The notes: a model not told the origin generated them from the sequence alone. Positions 28,540-41,994 are shown, counted from the stretch's first letter. The stretch: DNA of 64,000 bases from Octopus vulgaris (GCA_951406725.2 OX597819.1:5828001-5892000), one strand, 5' to 3'. Numbers and translations: made by a program.

Positions 28540-29543
28540 CTAGCATTATGACCCGTCGTTGCCGGGTCATCGTGCTAGTGCATGCATATATGTGTATATA
28601 TATGTGTACATATTACATGTACATCTATATATATATACATCTACACATAAAATACAAAATACAAAGTTATATCTTGATATCGCTAGTGATAACAATACTC
28701 AAAATATATAACAGACTGGAATTGATAGCCCGTCTCTTGCAATTTCGATCAATTGTATCTTGTCCTCCCTCTTGTATAGAAGTGTGGCTACAATCCAGCC
28801 TACCTCTACTTCGGGGAGGGGGGCATTTTTAATTTTTATCCGGGACATCCTACGTTCCAGATATAAAGGTAAAAATAAAATATTTCCACTTTGCAAGTTC
28901 GAGTCGAGTACTCCTTGACTCGAACCTTGCTTCTATTGTGGCGAATTTACCGCCTCTGGTTAGATATCTTTCATAGTCGCAGTAAGACACTTTTCGAAGG
29001 TGCTTCCCTCCAGGTGTTCAAATCTTATTTTTTCTCTACATTGTATACTTTAGAGACAATAGTCTTTTCTTTAATTTAATTTTTTATTATCCATCTGGAC
29101 TATTCCATTTCTGCACACTAATTTTATTTTTAATTTATTCCCATTCATGTGAAACCACTTATTCAAGTTCAAATCATTGATGCAATTTTATACCAATTGC
29201 TATTTTTACTTTTGTTATGTTACGATTTAATTATTATATTATACTTTAGTTTGGTTTTAATTATTACTTACTACATATAACTCAATTGTTATTATTATCT
29301 CTAATTTTTATTGTTAAAGTGAAATATCTGACATAAAATAGAGAAATGTTTTTGTTTCATTTTTAACACGTAATACTGAAATAGTGGAGAAGATATGATA
29401 TTGCTATGGGCTCGCCCTAGGCAAGAAGTTGAACATTTGTTTTTGCCGATGACACTCCCCGGACCCTAAGTAAGGTATGTGTAAAATTTGAATGAAATTG
29501 GTTGTGTAGTTCTCAAGTTTTAGGGAAACACACAGACAGACAC

Positions 29544-29575
<32 letters not shown>

Positions 29576-29602
29576 CACACATTCTCAGTTTTATATATAT
29601 AC
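28540..29602 (-). mobile_element. Helitron-like non-autonomous element (extent uncertain)
   Basis: Minus-strand 5' end TATATATAAAACTGAG then (CTGT)n at about 29530-29602; hairpin GACCCG..CGGGTC plus CTAG at 28540. Confidence 0.55.
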
Positions 29603-29949
29603 AAATATATTTTGGCTTTCGTTTATCTCCCCGGTACCTTTCTCTGAATTTTTTCGAATCCTTCAATCCCGCTGCCCCTATTTTTTCTTCCTTCCACGTG
29701 ACCGTTGTCCAGCCAGCAACGATCTTTCTTTTTTTTTGCCTGGCAGCCGACCGTCAACACTTCTTATGTCCATCTCCCATGTTCCTGCCTTTAGGCTTTC
29801 ACTTTATACACACCAGCTCAATTTGATTCGTTCTCAGTCGAAAGACACCCGTTGTTATATTCCTGTTTGTATTTGTAATTGTGTACCATGTTCTCCGTTT
29901 TTTTGTCTTTGTTGCCGTATACATTCACTAGATCGAACTGTCTCAAGTG

Positions 29950-30590
29950 TAATTGGCCGAAACAGTAAGTTCCAGCAACCATGCATGCAAAATTTCCTGC
30001 AACAATCATGGCTTTTGGAATCGTCAGTACTGAAGGATGTTATGCCTTCTCACTTCTTTCCTTAAAGCGTGAGAGTTAACTCTGCTGGCTACATTGAGGT
30101 CCTGGAAACAGTTATGAAGCCCTGGATAGATAGAGTACTCAGTGGGGCTCAGCACCATCACATAAGACTCAAGTAAGCCAAGAATGGATGGTTTGGCTTA
30201 CAATTTTCATGATTATATAACCCCTAACATTTCACTTCCAAACTCACCATATCTCAATCCATTGGACTACTATGTGTGGAGCGTTGTTAAGAGGGAGAGA
30301 GAGTGTGTGTGTGTGTGTGTGTGGGGGGTAAATCAATATTCTCATAACACCAAGGATTCTTTGAAAGCAGTCATAGAGTAATGTCCGATATGAACCAGGA
30401 CCCATCAATCTGGTCCTGGTTCATATCGGAACCAGTTGTTTAAGTTTAAGGTGGCTACATTGAATGATTGTAAAGATGATAATTTAGTTTATATATACAA
30501 ATGTTTTCATTAATAAAGTTGCTTGCTGTTATTATAATGTATAATTTTCTAAAAGAACAAATTTGTCCCAAAAACCTAACGCGCTTTGTA
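29950..30590 (+). pseudogene. Tc1/mariner (maT/DD37D-like) transposase remnant
   Basis: NSAGYIEVLETVMKPWI and PNSPYLNPLDYYVWSVV (SPDLNPLDY motif); frameshifted. Confidence 0.78.
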
Positions 30591-31068
30591 CACACTGGTA
30601 ACTGTTAGCTAACAAATTCCTTCCATCAACCAGCTTTCTAACGAAATGTCAAGTTTTGTCTCCCCATTTTTCACCCCCAATTCTTCTTTCTCATATATCT
30701 TTTATTTCTCTTCTCTCTCTTTATTCCACGTTGATTTTTTGCCATTTTCTTCTTGTCTAACACATTTAAATAGTTCGAGTTTTAAACGGAAAGTTTGTAA
30801 AAGAGTTTATAATGTCTGTAGATAAGACGTTAAAATCAACAAAACAGACAGTCAGCTTACAACGAACCAACAACGTTTTATGATGTTTAGAAATGTGTAC
30901 GCGACCTACACACGCCGTTTGACTTAAAAGATAAATAAACTCTTCAAGCTGACTTGTTGATTAGTTTTATCTACGTATTAACCCCCACAGAGAGTATTTT
31001 ATCACATTTTGTTATCAACAGCTTCCGTATGGAGGCATATACATACATACATACATACATACATACAT

Positions 31069-31145
<77 letters not shown>

Positions 31146-31163
31146 CATATATGTGTGTATATA

Positions 31164-31227
<64 letters not shown>

Positions 31228-31231
31228 TATA

Positions 31232-31458
31232 CTCTTACTCTTTATTCTTTTACTTGTTTCAGTCATTTGACTGCGGTCATGCTGGAGCACCGCCTTTAGT
31301 CGAGCAAATCGACCCCAGGACTTATTCTTTGTAAGCCCAGTACTTATTCTATCGGTCTCTTTTTGCCGAAACGCTAAGTAACGGGGACGTAAACACACCA
31401 GCATCGGTTGTCAAGCGATGGTGCGGGGACAAACACAGACACACAAACATATACACAC

Positions 31459-31499
<41 letters not shown>

Positions 31500-32066
31500 T
31501 ACGACACGCTTCTTTCAGTTTCCGTCTACCAAATCCACTCACAAGGCATTGGTCGGCCCGGGTCTATAGCAGAAGACACTTGCCCAAGATGCCACGCAGT
31601 GGGACTGAACCCGGAACCATGTGGTTGGTTAGCAAGCTACTTACCACACAGCCACTTCTTATATATATATATATAAACACACACACACACACGCATATAT
31701 TTTTTAATTCTTTTATTTGTTTCAGTCATTTCACTGCGGTCATGCTGGAGCACCGCCTTTAGTCGAGCAAATCGACCCAGGACTTATTCTTTGTAAGCTT
31801 AGTACTTATTCTATCGGTCCGTTTTTTGCCGAACCGCTAAGTTACGGCATCGGTTGTCAAGCGTTGTTGGGGGTGGGGTGGGACAAACACAGACACACAA
31901 ACATATTCACACACACACACACAAGTGTGTGTGTGACGGTCTTCGGTTAGTTTCCGTCAACCAAATCCACTCACAAAGATTTGGCCGGCCCGAGGGTATA
32001 GTAGAAGACGCTTGCCCAAGGTGCTACTTGCCCAAGCTACTTCCCACACAGCCACCCCTGCGCCTA
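31232..32066 (-). mobile_element. Two tandem SINE family A copies (31232-31660, 31705-32066)
   Basis: Consensus matches; the second is more diverged. Confidence 0.9.
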
Positions 32067-32523
32067 TATATATATATATTTATAGGCGAAGGGGGAACAA
32101 TGTTTCCGTTGTGCTCATCCTACCTTCTAATTTCAAATATAATGTATCCAGAAGCACATTACACAATATATTCTTTTTCTTTTATGAGGTAAATTGTCAT
32201 TTGAAGAAGACTGATTTGGTTGCAATTTCTAGCAGGTTACACGGCGCCGTAGCACAAATAAGAGCTTGTAATTGAATGATGCCCTTCCCATATCAATTGA
32301 TACCTTCTTTTCTATATAAAAAGAATCAATATCGAGTTTGTAGCCAATTTTTTTTTCTGTAAATCGGTGTGACAATTTATCTACGAGCAGAAGGATGAGT
32401 GATTTTCATGAAGGCGAGATATGTTGATTTCCTGCCGTTATTCACCAGAATAACCGAGTAAACGTAACCAACGACGACCCAAGCTGGATTATCCAAACGA
32501 TGGAGGTACTACAAACACCAGAG

Positions 32524-32908
32524 TGGAGGCGCAATGGCCCAGTGGTTAGGGCAGCGGACCCGCGGTCATAGGATCGCGGTTTCGATTCCCAGACCGGGCG
32601 TTGTGAGTGTTTATTGAGCGAAAACACCTAAAAAGCTCCACGAGGCTCCGGCAGGGGATGGTGGTGATCCCTGCTGTACTCTTTCACCACAACTTTCTCT
32701 CACTCTTACTTCCTGTTTCTGTAGTACCTGTATTTCAAAGGGCCGGCCTTGTCACTCTCTGTGTCACGCTGAATATCCCTGAGAACTACGTTAAGGGTGC
32801 ACGTGTCTGTGGAGTGCTCAGTCACTTACACGTTAATTTCACGAGCAGGCTGTTCCGTTGATTCGGATCAACCGGAACCCTCGTCGTCGTAACCGACGGA
32901 GTGCTTCC
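32524..32908 (+). mobile_element. SINE family C, TSD ACAAACACCAGA
   Basis: TSD at 32511-32522 and 32917-32928; empty site at 43581-43650. Confidence 0.93.
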
Positions 32909-33977
32909 GTCCATCCACAAACACCAGAATTCGTGATGTTTCTTTCTTGATCCTCTGTACTACTTTATAGACGAATAAAGTCTCACTGTTATTTCGAAAG
33001 TTCGTTTCTTGTATTACTTCCATGTGTAAACCCGCAGCATATATTGTATAAATGGTAAACATGATTCAGCTGTGAAACCAAGGGAGACTTTAGACCACCG
33101 CAAAAAGTTAAATAAGATTTTCTAGAAGAGCGTTAATACTATTAAAAAAATGTATGAACTTCACAATTTTCCATTTCTCCTCCCCGTGCCTATTCGATAA
33201 GAATACAATATTTTATCAAAGCACAAAATCTTTTGGTTTTTATTAGAAAATAATTTAATAAGCCGTTATTAAATTAGCATAAGGCAACTGATTTGCAAGT
33301 AACGAGCATAAGTGAATGTATCAACTATTATGTATAAGTAATACTTAGTATGTCGGCGCCAGAGGGATTAAATAAAATAACTTTTCCAGCTGAATTTAAA
33401 CACTGAATGTAAAGATGGATGGATCTAAATTCTGTTAGTCTTTTAGTAAAGAACTCTGCAGCAAATGATTTAATTGGAATGTAATTCCAAAATTTAATGC
33501 TGTTAACAGAAAGAGCTTAAATGGAGATTTAAAGGCTTCACCGAAGTTTTAATTCCATCATGAATGAGTAAATACAGGAAAATAACACGAAATACCAGCT
33601 TCGGTAATCTCTTCAGAGGATTTTATATATTCAATATTTTTTGGAGTCGATCGTGATTCGACTAATTAAATCTGCAACTTATTTTATAGACCCACTTATC
33701 GAAATTACTGAATTTGCCATTATTCGACGCACCTTGATAAACCGTTTTATATCGGTGCACACAAAAATACACGAATATGCGTGTACGCATCTATTTATCT
33801 GTCTGTCTGTCCATACATACATGCATGCATGCATACATACATACGTACGTACGTACGTACATACATACATTCATACATACATACATACATACATGCATAC
33901 ATACATACATACATATACATACATACATGCAGATATCCCCCACACACACACGCATACACACACACACAAGTTGGGCT

Positions 33978-35345
33978 TCTGGCATCCAGAGTCAAAGACA
34001 TTCTTGTAGTTTAGCCGCATTGAAACTAGGTTCTTCCTCTAACATCACAGTTCTGTTGATTAGCAATTGCTCGGCACATCTCCAGACTCCCTTCTTCCCA
34101 GCAGCTTGTTCTGCTGTGATAATGTTATTGGTTTCACAATTGTACTGGAGGAAGAGCTTTAAACATGCTGTATATATAGGCGCAGGAGTGGCTGTGTGGT
34201 AAGTAGCTTGCTAACCAACCACATGGTTCCGAGTTCAGTCCCACTGCGTGGCATCTTGGGCAAGTGTCTTCTGCTATAGCCCCGGGCCGACCAATGCCTT
34301 GTGAGTGGATTTGGTAGACGGAAACTGAAAGAAGCCTGTCGAATATATGTATATATATATATGTATATATGTGTATGTGTGTGTGTTTGTGTGCGTGTGT
34401 TTGCCCCCCCCCCAACATCGCTTGATAACCGATGCTGGTGTGTTTACGTCCCCGTAACTTAGCGGTTCGGCAAAAGAGACCGATAGAATAAGTACTGGGC
34501 TTTCAAAGAATAAGTCCCGGGGTCGATTTGCTCGACTAAAGGCGGTACTCCAGCATGGCCGCAGTCAAATGACTGAAACAAGTAAAATAGTAAAATAGTA
34601 AAAATAGTATATCTTATTAAGTTCTGGCATGCAACTGGCCGGTAGTTTTTTGCCATGTGGATGGCACTGCATTTGGGGATCAATTTTGTCTCCGCCAGAG
34701 CTAACCAGTGTGGTATGCTACTGTTCCCAATGAAAACTTGCCGGTATAGATTAATAAAATATGGTCAGTAGAATGTTAACTTCTTGTACCCATATCCAAC
34801 TATCAAGTCTCTTCCAGGTGCTTTTTCATCCTGGAGTTTCTGGATCACAGTTGCAAGAATTTCACCATCAATATTTTATGTCTTGGATGTAACGCAGGAG
34901 CAATAACTTTTTCGGATTTTTTCCAGCCACAAAGCATCTTGGTTAAATTCTTGTCATCGCTTCAGATTTTCCTCCAGAAGGAGTCTATGTCTTCTCGTGA
35001 AGGAGCTTCTGTGATATTTATTGCTCCCCCTCTCATGTCTCTGTATACTGCTGCCTGGTCGCGGTTAAATCTTTTGTTTGTTGTTCTTCTTTCGGTCATT
35101 CTCTTCTGATGTCGGAGTATTTCACTGACAGCTTTTAGATCCTGCTTGAGGCTAATCAGTTTGCAAGTGAGTGTCTTCTTTTTGCTGTCTCCAAACACAT
35201 CATTTCTATCTCCTTCTTTATTTTCTGTTGGCGGGGTGTATAGTGATTTGCTTGTTTGTATCATTACATCACTGATGGTCTTCCGTAAACCAGTCATCAT
35301 TTTCTTTGTCTTCAAATCCCATGATGGTACTTTCTTTGCTATTTC
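33978..35345 (-). pseudogene. R4/Dong-type non-LTR retrotransposon, N-terminal RT region, interrupted by SINE A (34178-34605)
   Basis: FNRDQAAVYR..APSREDIDSFWRKI; LIPK..NYRPVACQN; NNIITAEQAAGKKGVWRCAEQLLIN. Confidence 0.82.
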
Positions 35346-35364
35346 GTTTTTTTTTTCTTTTTTT

Positions 35365-35757
35365 CTTTTACTTGTTTCAGTCATTTGACTGCGGCCGTGC
35401 TGGAGCACCGCCTTTAGTCGAGCAAATCGACCCCGGGACTTATTCTTTGTAAGCCCAGTACTTATTCTATCGGTCTCTTTTTGCCGAACCGCTAAGTGAC
35501 GGGGACGTAAACACACCAGCATCGGTTGTCAAGCAATGCTAGAGGGACAAACACAGACACACAAACACACACACATACATATATATACATATAAACGACA
35601 GGCTTCTTTCAGTTTCCGTCTACCAAATCCACTCACAAGGCTTTGGTCGGTCCGAGGCTATAGTAGAAGACACTTGCCCAAGGTGCCACGCAGTAGGACT
35701 GAACCCGGAACCATGTGGTTGGTAGACAAGCTACTTACCACACAGCCACTCCTGCGT
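35365..35757 (-). mobile_element. SINE family A
   Basis: Consensus match. Confidence 0.92.
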
Positions 35758-36114
35758 TTACTTTTTGAATATCATTCAGGTACTGTTTTACAGTAGTAGC
35801 CAGAGCATATAGACAGGCGTTCATCTGCCAGTATGTGGTTTATCACTGTTGTAAATACTCATCACCATTTTCGTTAACAGCTTTTAATACCGTATCTGGT
35901 GTTTTGTTTCTACTTACTTTGATAGAAAATACTCTCTCCTCGAAAGAGTATTTCAAAGCCAAAGTTATTTTTTGTCGAAAAATTTCCGTAAAAGCACATT
36001 TCACCAGCATACAATCATAACTACCACTACTACTAGAATAATCGTTGCGGTTGTGCCTGCTATTTACCATAGCCGTAGTAGGGGGACAGTGGTCACTTAC
36101 TTGAGCCAGTAATG

Positions 36115-36530
36115 TACTCTTTTACTTGTTTCAGTCATTTGACTGCGGCCATGCTGGAGCACCGCCTTTAATCGAGCAACTCGACCCCGGGACTTATTCT
36201 TTTGTAAGCCCAGTACTTATTCTATCGGTCTCTTTTGCCGAACCGCTAAGTGACGGGGACATAAACACACCAGCATCGGTTGTCAAGCAATGCTAGGGGG
36301 ACAAACACAGACACACAAACACACACACGCATATATATATATATATATTCAAATATATACATATATACGACGGGCTTCTTTCAGTTTCCGTCTACCAAAT
36401 CCACTCACAAGGCTTTGGTCGGCCCGAGGCTATAGTAGAAGACACTTGCCCAAGATGCCACGCAGTGGGACTGAACCCGGAACCATGTGGTTGGTAAACA
36501 AGCTACTTACCACACAGCCACTTCTGCACC
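36115..36530 (-). mobile_element. SINE family A
   Basis: Consensus match. Confidence 0.92.
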
Positions 36531-36941
36531 TATGCTACGGTTTCTTCTGTAACTACAAGTAGAAGGAATTTGCTTACCTGTTGAGCTATTTGCTTTTGTT
36601 CTGTTCGTCGAAGGTGTTGTTGATGTGTCCAGCCATGTAGTTTGTAGTAACACTCTGCATGTAAAATTCAAGTTTCAGTCGAAAATCACTACGATCGTGA
36701 ATAAAAGGCTCCCTCAGTCAATTCATCTGAAGATTAACCAGATATCTAACACGCCCAATAGTTGTGGCTCCAAAGTTGGAGATAGTATTCATTGTATTTT
36801 CGATAAATAGTCACCCACGCCAATACGCTACTTGCCGCTACGAGTTATGCATGCATACATGCATGTATGTAAGTATGTATGTATGTATGTATGTATGTAT
36901 GTATGTATGTATGTATGTATGTATGTATGTATGTATGTATG

Positions 36942-37580
36942 TACAAGGTGCATTCCAGAAGTTTTGAGACTATTTCAGTTGATTTCAAAGAAGTGTTTAA
37001 CTTTTATCTCCTTCAAAGTACGATCCTCTGATTACAATGTCCCTGTAATATTCTAACCATTTTGTGAAGACCCAGTGAAAGTCTTCCGAAGTGAAAGTGT
37101 CCAGGACCCTTCTTCGATTCCGCCTTCATCATCTCAATATCTGTAAAATGACTGTTCTTGAGGTTCTCCTTCAATTTGGGGACTACAGAGAGCGTGAGGA
37201 ACAGTTTTGATGTCCAAATTTATCAAATAGTTGGATACTAGGATGTAAGTGGGAACTGGTGCGTTGTCATGGTGCAGATACAGACCTTTTGCGACAAAAT
37301 ATCTTCCTGAATCCCTCAAAATCGCTACAATTTATTCTTTGTTAATCGTGTAGCCAGAGGGAATTCAGTGGATATAGATGATGCCATTGTTGTCGAAGAA
37401 GGGGTCATCATGAGATTCCCGGTGGACATGCTTTGCCTGGCCTCTTTGTGCTAGCCTAAACAGATGCTCAGTTGATACAAGTCGATCCCTAAGAAGTCTG
37501 GAGCATTGCATTTCGGTAGTATTTTCCATTAGCTTAGCAGAAAACTTTATTGCGTGGCGAGCTTCCAAATTATCTGGCAT
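36942..37580 (-). pseudogene. Internally deleted mariner transposase remnant with one TIR
   Basis: EARHAIKF (N-terminus), FFDNNGIIY, LHHDNAP..IKTVPH; TA|CAAGGTGCATTCCAGAAG end at 36942. Confidence 0.82.
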
Positions 37581-37970
37581 CCAGAGTCAAAGGCATTCAT
37601 GTAGTTTAGCCGCATTGAAACTAGGTTCTTCCTCTGACATCAGTTTTTTTTACTAATAATTGCTCGGCACATCCCCAGACTCCCTTCTTCCCAGCTGGTT
37701 GTTCTGCTGTGATAATGTTATTGGTTTCACAATTGTACTGGAGGAAGCAGAGAGTGAAGGCTTCATATTGGCTGCTCAAGACCAAAGCTTATTAACCCGG
37801 AACTACCAAGCCAATGTGATAAAAAATGGAGCCGACCCAAAATGCCGATTCTGTAACGTCGAGATTGAAACTATAGACCACCTAATTTCAGGGTGTAACG
37901 TCTTAGCACCTGTAGAATATAAAGCAAGACATGACAGAGTCGGCCAGTATTTACATTGGACAATATGTCT
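37574..37970. pseudogene. Chimeric R4/Dong fragments: RT piece on minus (37574-37745) joined to zinc-knuckle piece on plus (37741-37970)
   Basis: First part repeats 33978-34155; second reads AESEGFILAAQDQ..CRFC..ETIDHLISGC..RHDRV. Confidence 0.82.
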
Positions 37971-38261
37971 GCATTCTGCAAACTAATCAGCTGTGAAAAG
38001 CAGTGTTTAGAAGGATTCTTTCAAAATGTTGTTGCTGCCCACTTCCAACAGAAGTTGGCATTTCAGCTTCTTAGATGTATAATAATGATATACTAAAATT
38101 ACAAAAAAGCTCAAAACGTCTGCAATGCACCCCCACCCCACTCCACACACATTCATAATTTAAAACAAATCTGAAATAATACAATTCTATATTTAAGAAA
38201 TGTGGAATTATGTACATTATTTACACTTGACGGATATTTGTCCTCATCTTGTTTGTTGTTA

Positions 38262-38305
38262 GCACAACGTTTCGGTTGATATACCCTCCAGCCTTCTTCA
38301 GGTGT
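38262..38305 (-). ncRNA. Minimal hammerhead (family H1)
   Basis: acac-CTGAAGA-a-ggctg/caacc-GAAA-cg-TT-gtgc; one mismatch each in stems I and II. Confidence 0.7.
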
Positions 38306-38337
38306 CTTGGGGAAATTTCGAACCTGGGTTCTCAAAC

Positions 38338-39468
38338 CACCACGATTGGACTGGCCAAATACCTTGCAACAACCAACGATTGGATGCTAAGACTTGTTGA
38401 AAAGCATCAAAGACCGAAAAAATTTCACTCTATTCTGAAAGAGAGCAAAACATTCGCTACTGATCTCTTAGATACCTACCAGATTGATCAGGTTGAAGGA
38501 AATGCGCCAACTGCTGCTGCAAAGAAAATATAATTAATTGCAAAGACAAAAGCACATGAAAAATTAGCTAGCAGATGGGAACAGAAACCTCTGCATGGCA
38601 AGTATGTGACCCGTAGCAAACAAGCTGATGTCGACCAGAAACACACGCATCAATGGTTACGAAGCTCTGGGCTAAAAGCAGAGAGTGAAGGCTTCATATT
38701 GGCTGCTCAAGACCAAAGCTTATTTACTCGGAACTACCAAGCCAATGTGATAAAAAATGGAGCCGACCCAAAATGCCAATTCTGTAACGTCGAGATTGGA
38801 ACTATAGACCACCTAATCTCAGGGTGTAGCGTCTTAGCACCTGTAGAATATAAAGCAAGACATCAAAGAGTCGGCCAATATTTACACTGGACAATATATC
38901 GGCATTATTAAATCAAAACCGCTGACAAATAGTATAAACACCATCCTGAAGCTGTGACTGAGGGAGAAAATGTGTCGATTCTATGGGACTTCCCCGTACA
39001 TACCGACAAAACTATAAAAGCTAATAAACCGGATATTATTATAAGAGATCAAACAAAAAAGGTGTGTTTATTAATTGACATGAGTATTCCCTGCGATCAC
39101 AATATAGCGGTGAAAGAATTTGACACGATCAGTAAATATAAAGACTTGATAATAGAAATTGAAAAAAATGTGGCATCTCAAGGTGACTACAGTAACAGTG
39201 ATTGTAGGATCTCTAGGAATGATAAAAAAAAAGGTACTGAAACCTATTTGAAAATGCTACCAGGAAGTGCAAGAAATCGTGTTAACTGGAACGGCTCATG
39301 CAGTGAGAAAAGCGTTATCATGAATTTATTTATTTATTAATTTTTAAATACATATTTTACCTGTGAATTTGCGAGTGTAATCTGGGAATACATACAACGA
39401 ATTTCTCTGCCCTAAGTGTACGGAAAACACTCGGCGAGAAACGGAAGAAAATTTGAAGAAGGAAGGAA

Positions 39469-39514
<46 letters not shown>
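38338..39514 (+). mobile_element. 5'-truncated R4/Dong-clade LINE: CCHC knuckle, restriction-like endonuclease, 3' UTR and (TAA)n tail
   Basis: WEQKPLHGKY, CQFC..IDHLISGC, RHQRV, LWDF..ANKPDIII..LLIDMSIP, KYKDL; stops and frameshifts; TAA repeats 39471-39514. Confidence 0.92.
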
Positions 39515-39517
<3 letters not shown>

Positions 39518-39564
39518 TCGAAAAATACCTAAGGAATGAGAACCCAGTCCGAAATTTTCCCAAG

Positions 39565-39608
39565 ACACCTGATGAAGGCTGGAGGGTATATCAGCCGAAA
39601 CTTTGTGT
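39565..39608 (+). ncRNA. Minimal hammerhead (family H1)
   Basis: acac-CTGATGA-a-ggctg/cagcc-GAAA-ct-TT-gtgt; stem III palindrome broken. Confidence 0.7.
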
Positions 39609-39704
39609 TAACGACAAACAAGATGGGGACAAATTCCCGTCAAATGTAAATAAAGTAAATAAATCTGAAATATATGTACATAAAAAATACTAATTAAATG
39701 ACTG

Positions 39705-40310
39705 CGAGCTGGCAGATACGTTAGCACGCCGGGCGAAGTGCGTAGCCGTATTTCATCTGCCGTTACGTTCTGAGTTCAAATTCCGCCGAGGTCGACTTTG
39801 CCTTTCATCCTTTCGGGGTCGATTAAATAAGTACCAGTTACGTACTGGGGTCAACATAATCGACTTAATCCCTTTGTCTGTCCTTGTTTGTCCCCTCTGT
39901 GTTTAGCCCCTTGTGGGTAGTAAAGAAAAAAAAACTAATTAAATGACGCAGGAGTGGCTGTGTGGTAAGTAGCTTGTTTACCAACCACATGGTTCCGGGT
40001 TCAGTCCCACTGCGTAGCATCTTGGGCAAGTTTCTTCTACTATAGCCTCGGGCCGACAAAAGCCTTGTGAGTGGATTTGGTAGACGGAAACTGAAAGAAG
40101 CCCGTCGTATATATGCATGTGTGTTTGTGTGTCTGTGTTTGTTCCCTGGTGTGTTTATGTCCCCGTTACTTAGCGGTTCGGCACAAGAGACCGATAGAAT
40201 AAGTACTGGGCTTACAAAAGAATAACTGGTCGAGTTGCTCGATTAAAGGCGGTGCTCCAGCATGGCCGCAGTCAAATGACTGAAACAATTAAAAGAGTAA
40301 AGAGTAAAGA
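39705..40310 (+). mobile_element. SINE B (39705-39926) inserted at the head of SINE A (39947-40310)
   Basis: Duplication ACTAATTAAATGAC flanks the B copy. Confidence 0.9.
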
Positions 40311-40737
40311 GACTAATAAATAATAATCTTAGTGCATTATCTAAGGGAAACAACTTTTGCCATAAAAATTAAAAGTTATGTTTCTTTATTTCACATTTTA
40401 AAAATCCCCTCTAATATTGGCACGAGATCTGGAATTTTGTGTGAGGGGCAAATCGATTACATGGACACCAGTGCTCAACTGATACTTATTTTATCAACAC
40501 CGAAAAGACGAAGTGCAAAGTCAATCTCGACGGAATTTGAACTCGAACGTAAGGATGGACAGAATAATCTGTCAGCGATATAAATGGATTTGAAAGTTGT
40601 AACAACACGTGGATGTGCTAACGGTGATAGCAAATAGCAAGTAGCTACTATTAAGTTCAATTCTTCTCGTTATTGGAACAGTGAAATGCAGGACAACTCC
40701 ACTGGGTCTTCAACAACAACAAAAAAAAAGGAAAAAT

Positions 40738-41148
40738 ACATTTGGCATCAAGAGTTACACAAATGCCAGAACTGGGCGCCACTGCGTGGTGCCAAGAACT
40801 CCAAATTTGCCATCAAGATGTAGGACAAGATACTGTGATAGCCTGGGCTTCCGTGGCCCACAGCTCTTCAATATCCTCCCGAAGAACCTAAGAGACCTGC
40901 ATGGGGTGGATGCAGATGTCTTTAAAATGAAACTGGATCTCTTCTTGTCAGGTGTCCCAGATGAACCAACTTCACGGCAGGAGGTGCAGATGAGGGCAGC
41001 TGCATCGAACTCTCTCATGCACCAAATGGCAGTTGCTAAAAAGCATTCGTGAAGTAAAATCATGTAGCAACACCTAATGGCGGTGCCCCAGCATGGCCAC
41101 AGCTCGTGAGCTGAAACTAGATAAAATAAAATAAAAAAAATAAAAAAT
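40738..41148 (+). mobile_element. 5'-truncated CR1-like LINE: ORF2 C-terminus, 3' UTR and (TAAAA)n tail
   Basis: RGPQLFNILPKNLRD..VFKMKLDLFLSGVPDEP, stop at 41052; 3' UTR resembles the SINE A tail. Confidence 0.82.
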
Positions 41149-41315
41149 AGGCGCAGGAGTGGCTGTGTGGTAAGTAGCTTGTTTACCAACCACATGATTC
41201 CGGGTTCAGTCCCACTGTGTGGCATCTTGGGCAAGTGTCTTCTGCTATAGCCTCGGGCCGACCAAAGCTTTGTGAGTGGATTTGGTAGATGGAAACTGAA
41301 AAGAAGCCCGTCGTA

Positions 41316-41353
<38 letters not shown>

Positions 41354-41576
41354 TGTGTGTGTTTACGTGTCTGTGTGTGTCCGGCTAGCATTGCTTGACA
41401 ACCGATGCTGGTGTGTTTATGTACCTGTTACTTAGCGGTTCGGCAAAAGAGATCGATAGAATAAGTACTGGGCTTACAAAAGAATAAGTCCCGGGGTCGA
41501 GTTGCTCGATTAAAAAGGCGGTGCTCCAGCATGGCCGCAGTCAAATGACTGAAACAAGTAAAAGAGTAAAAGAGTA
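41149..41576 (+). mobile_element. SINE family A
   Basis: Consensus match. Confidence 0.92.
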
Positions 41577-41944
41577 TAACTACTCTACCAAATGCATGTA
41601 TTGAGACCTCATTGAGACCTCGCAGCTCGACACTGAGATTGTTCACATATACTGTGGAGATGGACCTTAGGTGGGACAGTACAGGTGATTGAAAGAGTCA
41701 TCGTTGTCATTACACTGTGTCACGCTGATTCTGCATAAAGATTCTGCATTGAATACACGTGTCCGTGGTAAACTCAGCGAACGACAACGAATTGGCACGA
41801 ATTAGTTGTTCGGTTGGCCGAGAAGCTGCAAAACAAAGCGTCTAAATCGACGGAGAGTCATTTCTTACCTACCACACCGCCACACACACAGAGGCGTGTA
41901 TGCAGAATATGTGTGTGTATGCGAGTGTGCGCGCGCGTACTTGC

Positions 41945-41994
<50 letters not shown>

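Noticed and set aside
29502-30065. 187 aa ORF as a host exon
   Set aside because: Spans a Helitron microsatellite and an out-of-frame transposon remnant; no domain recognised
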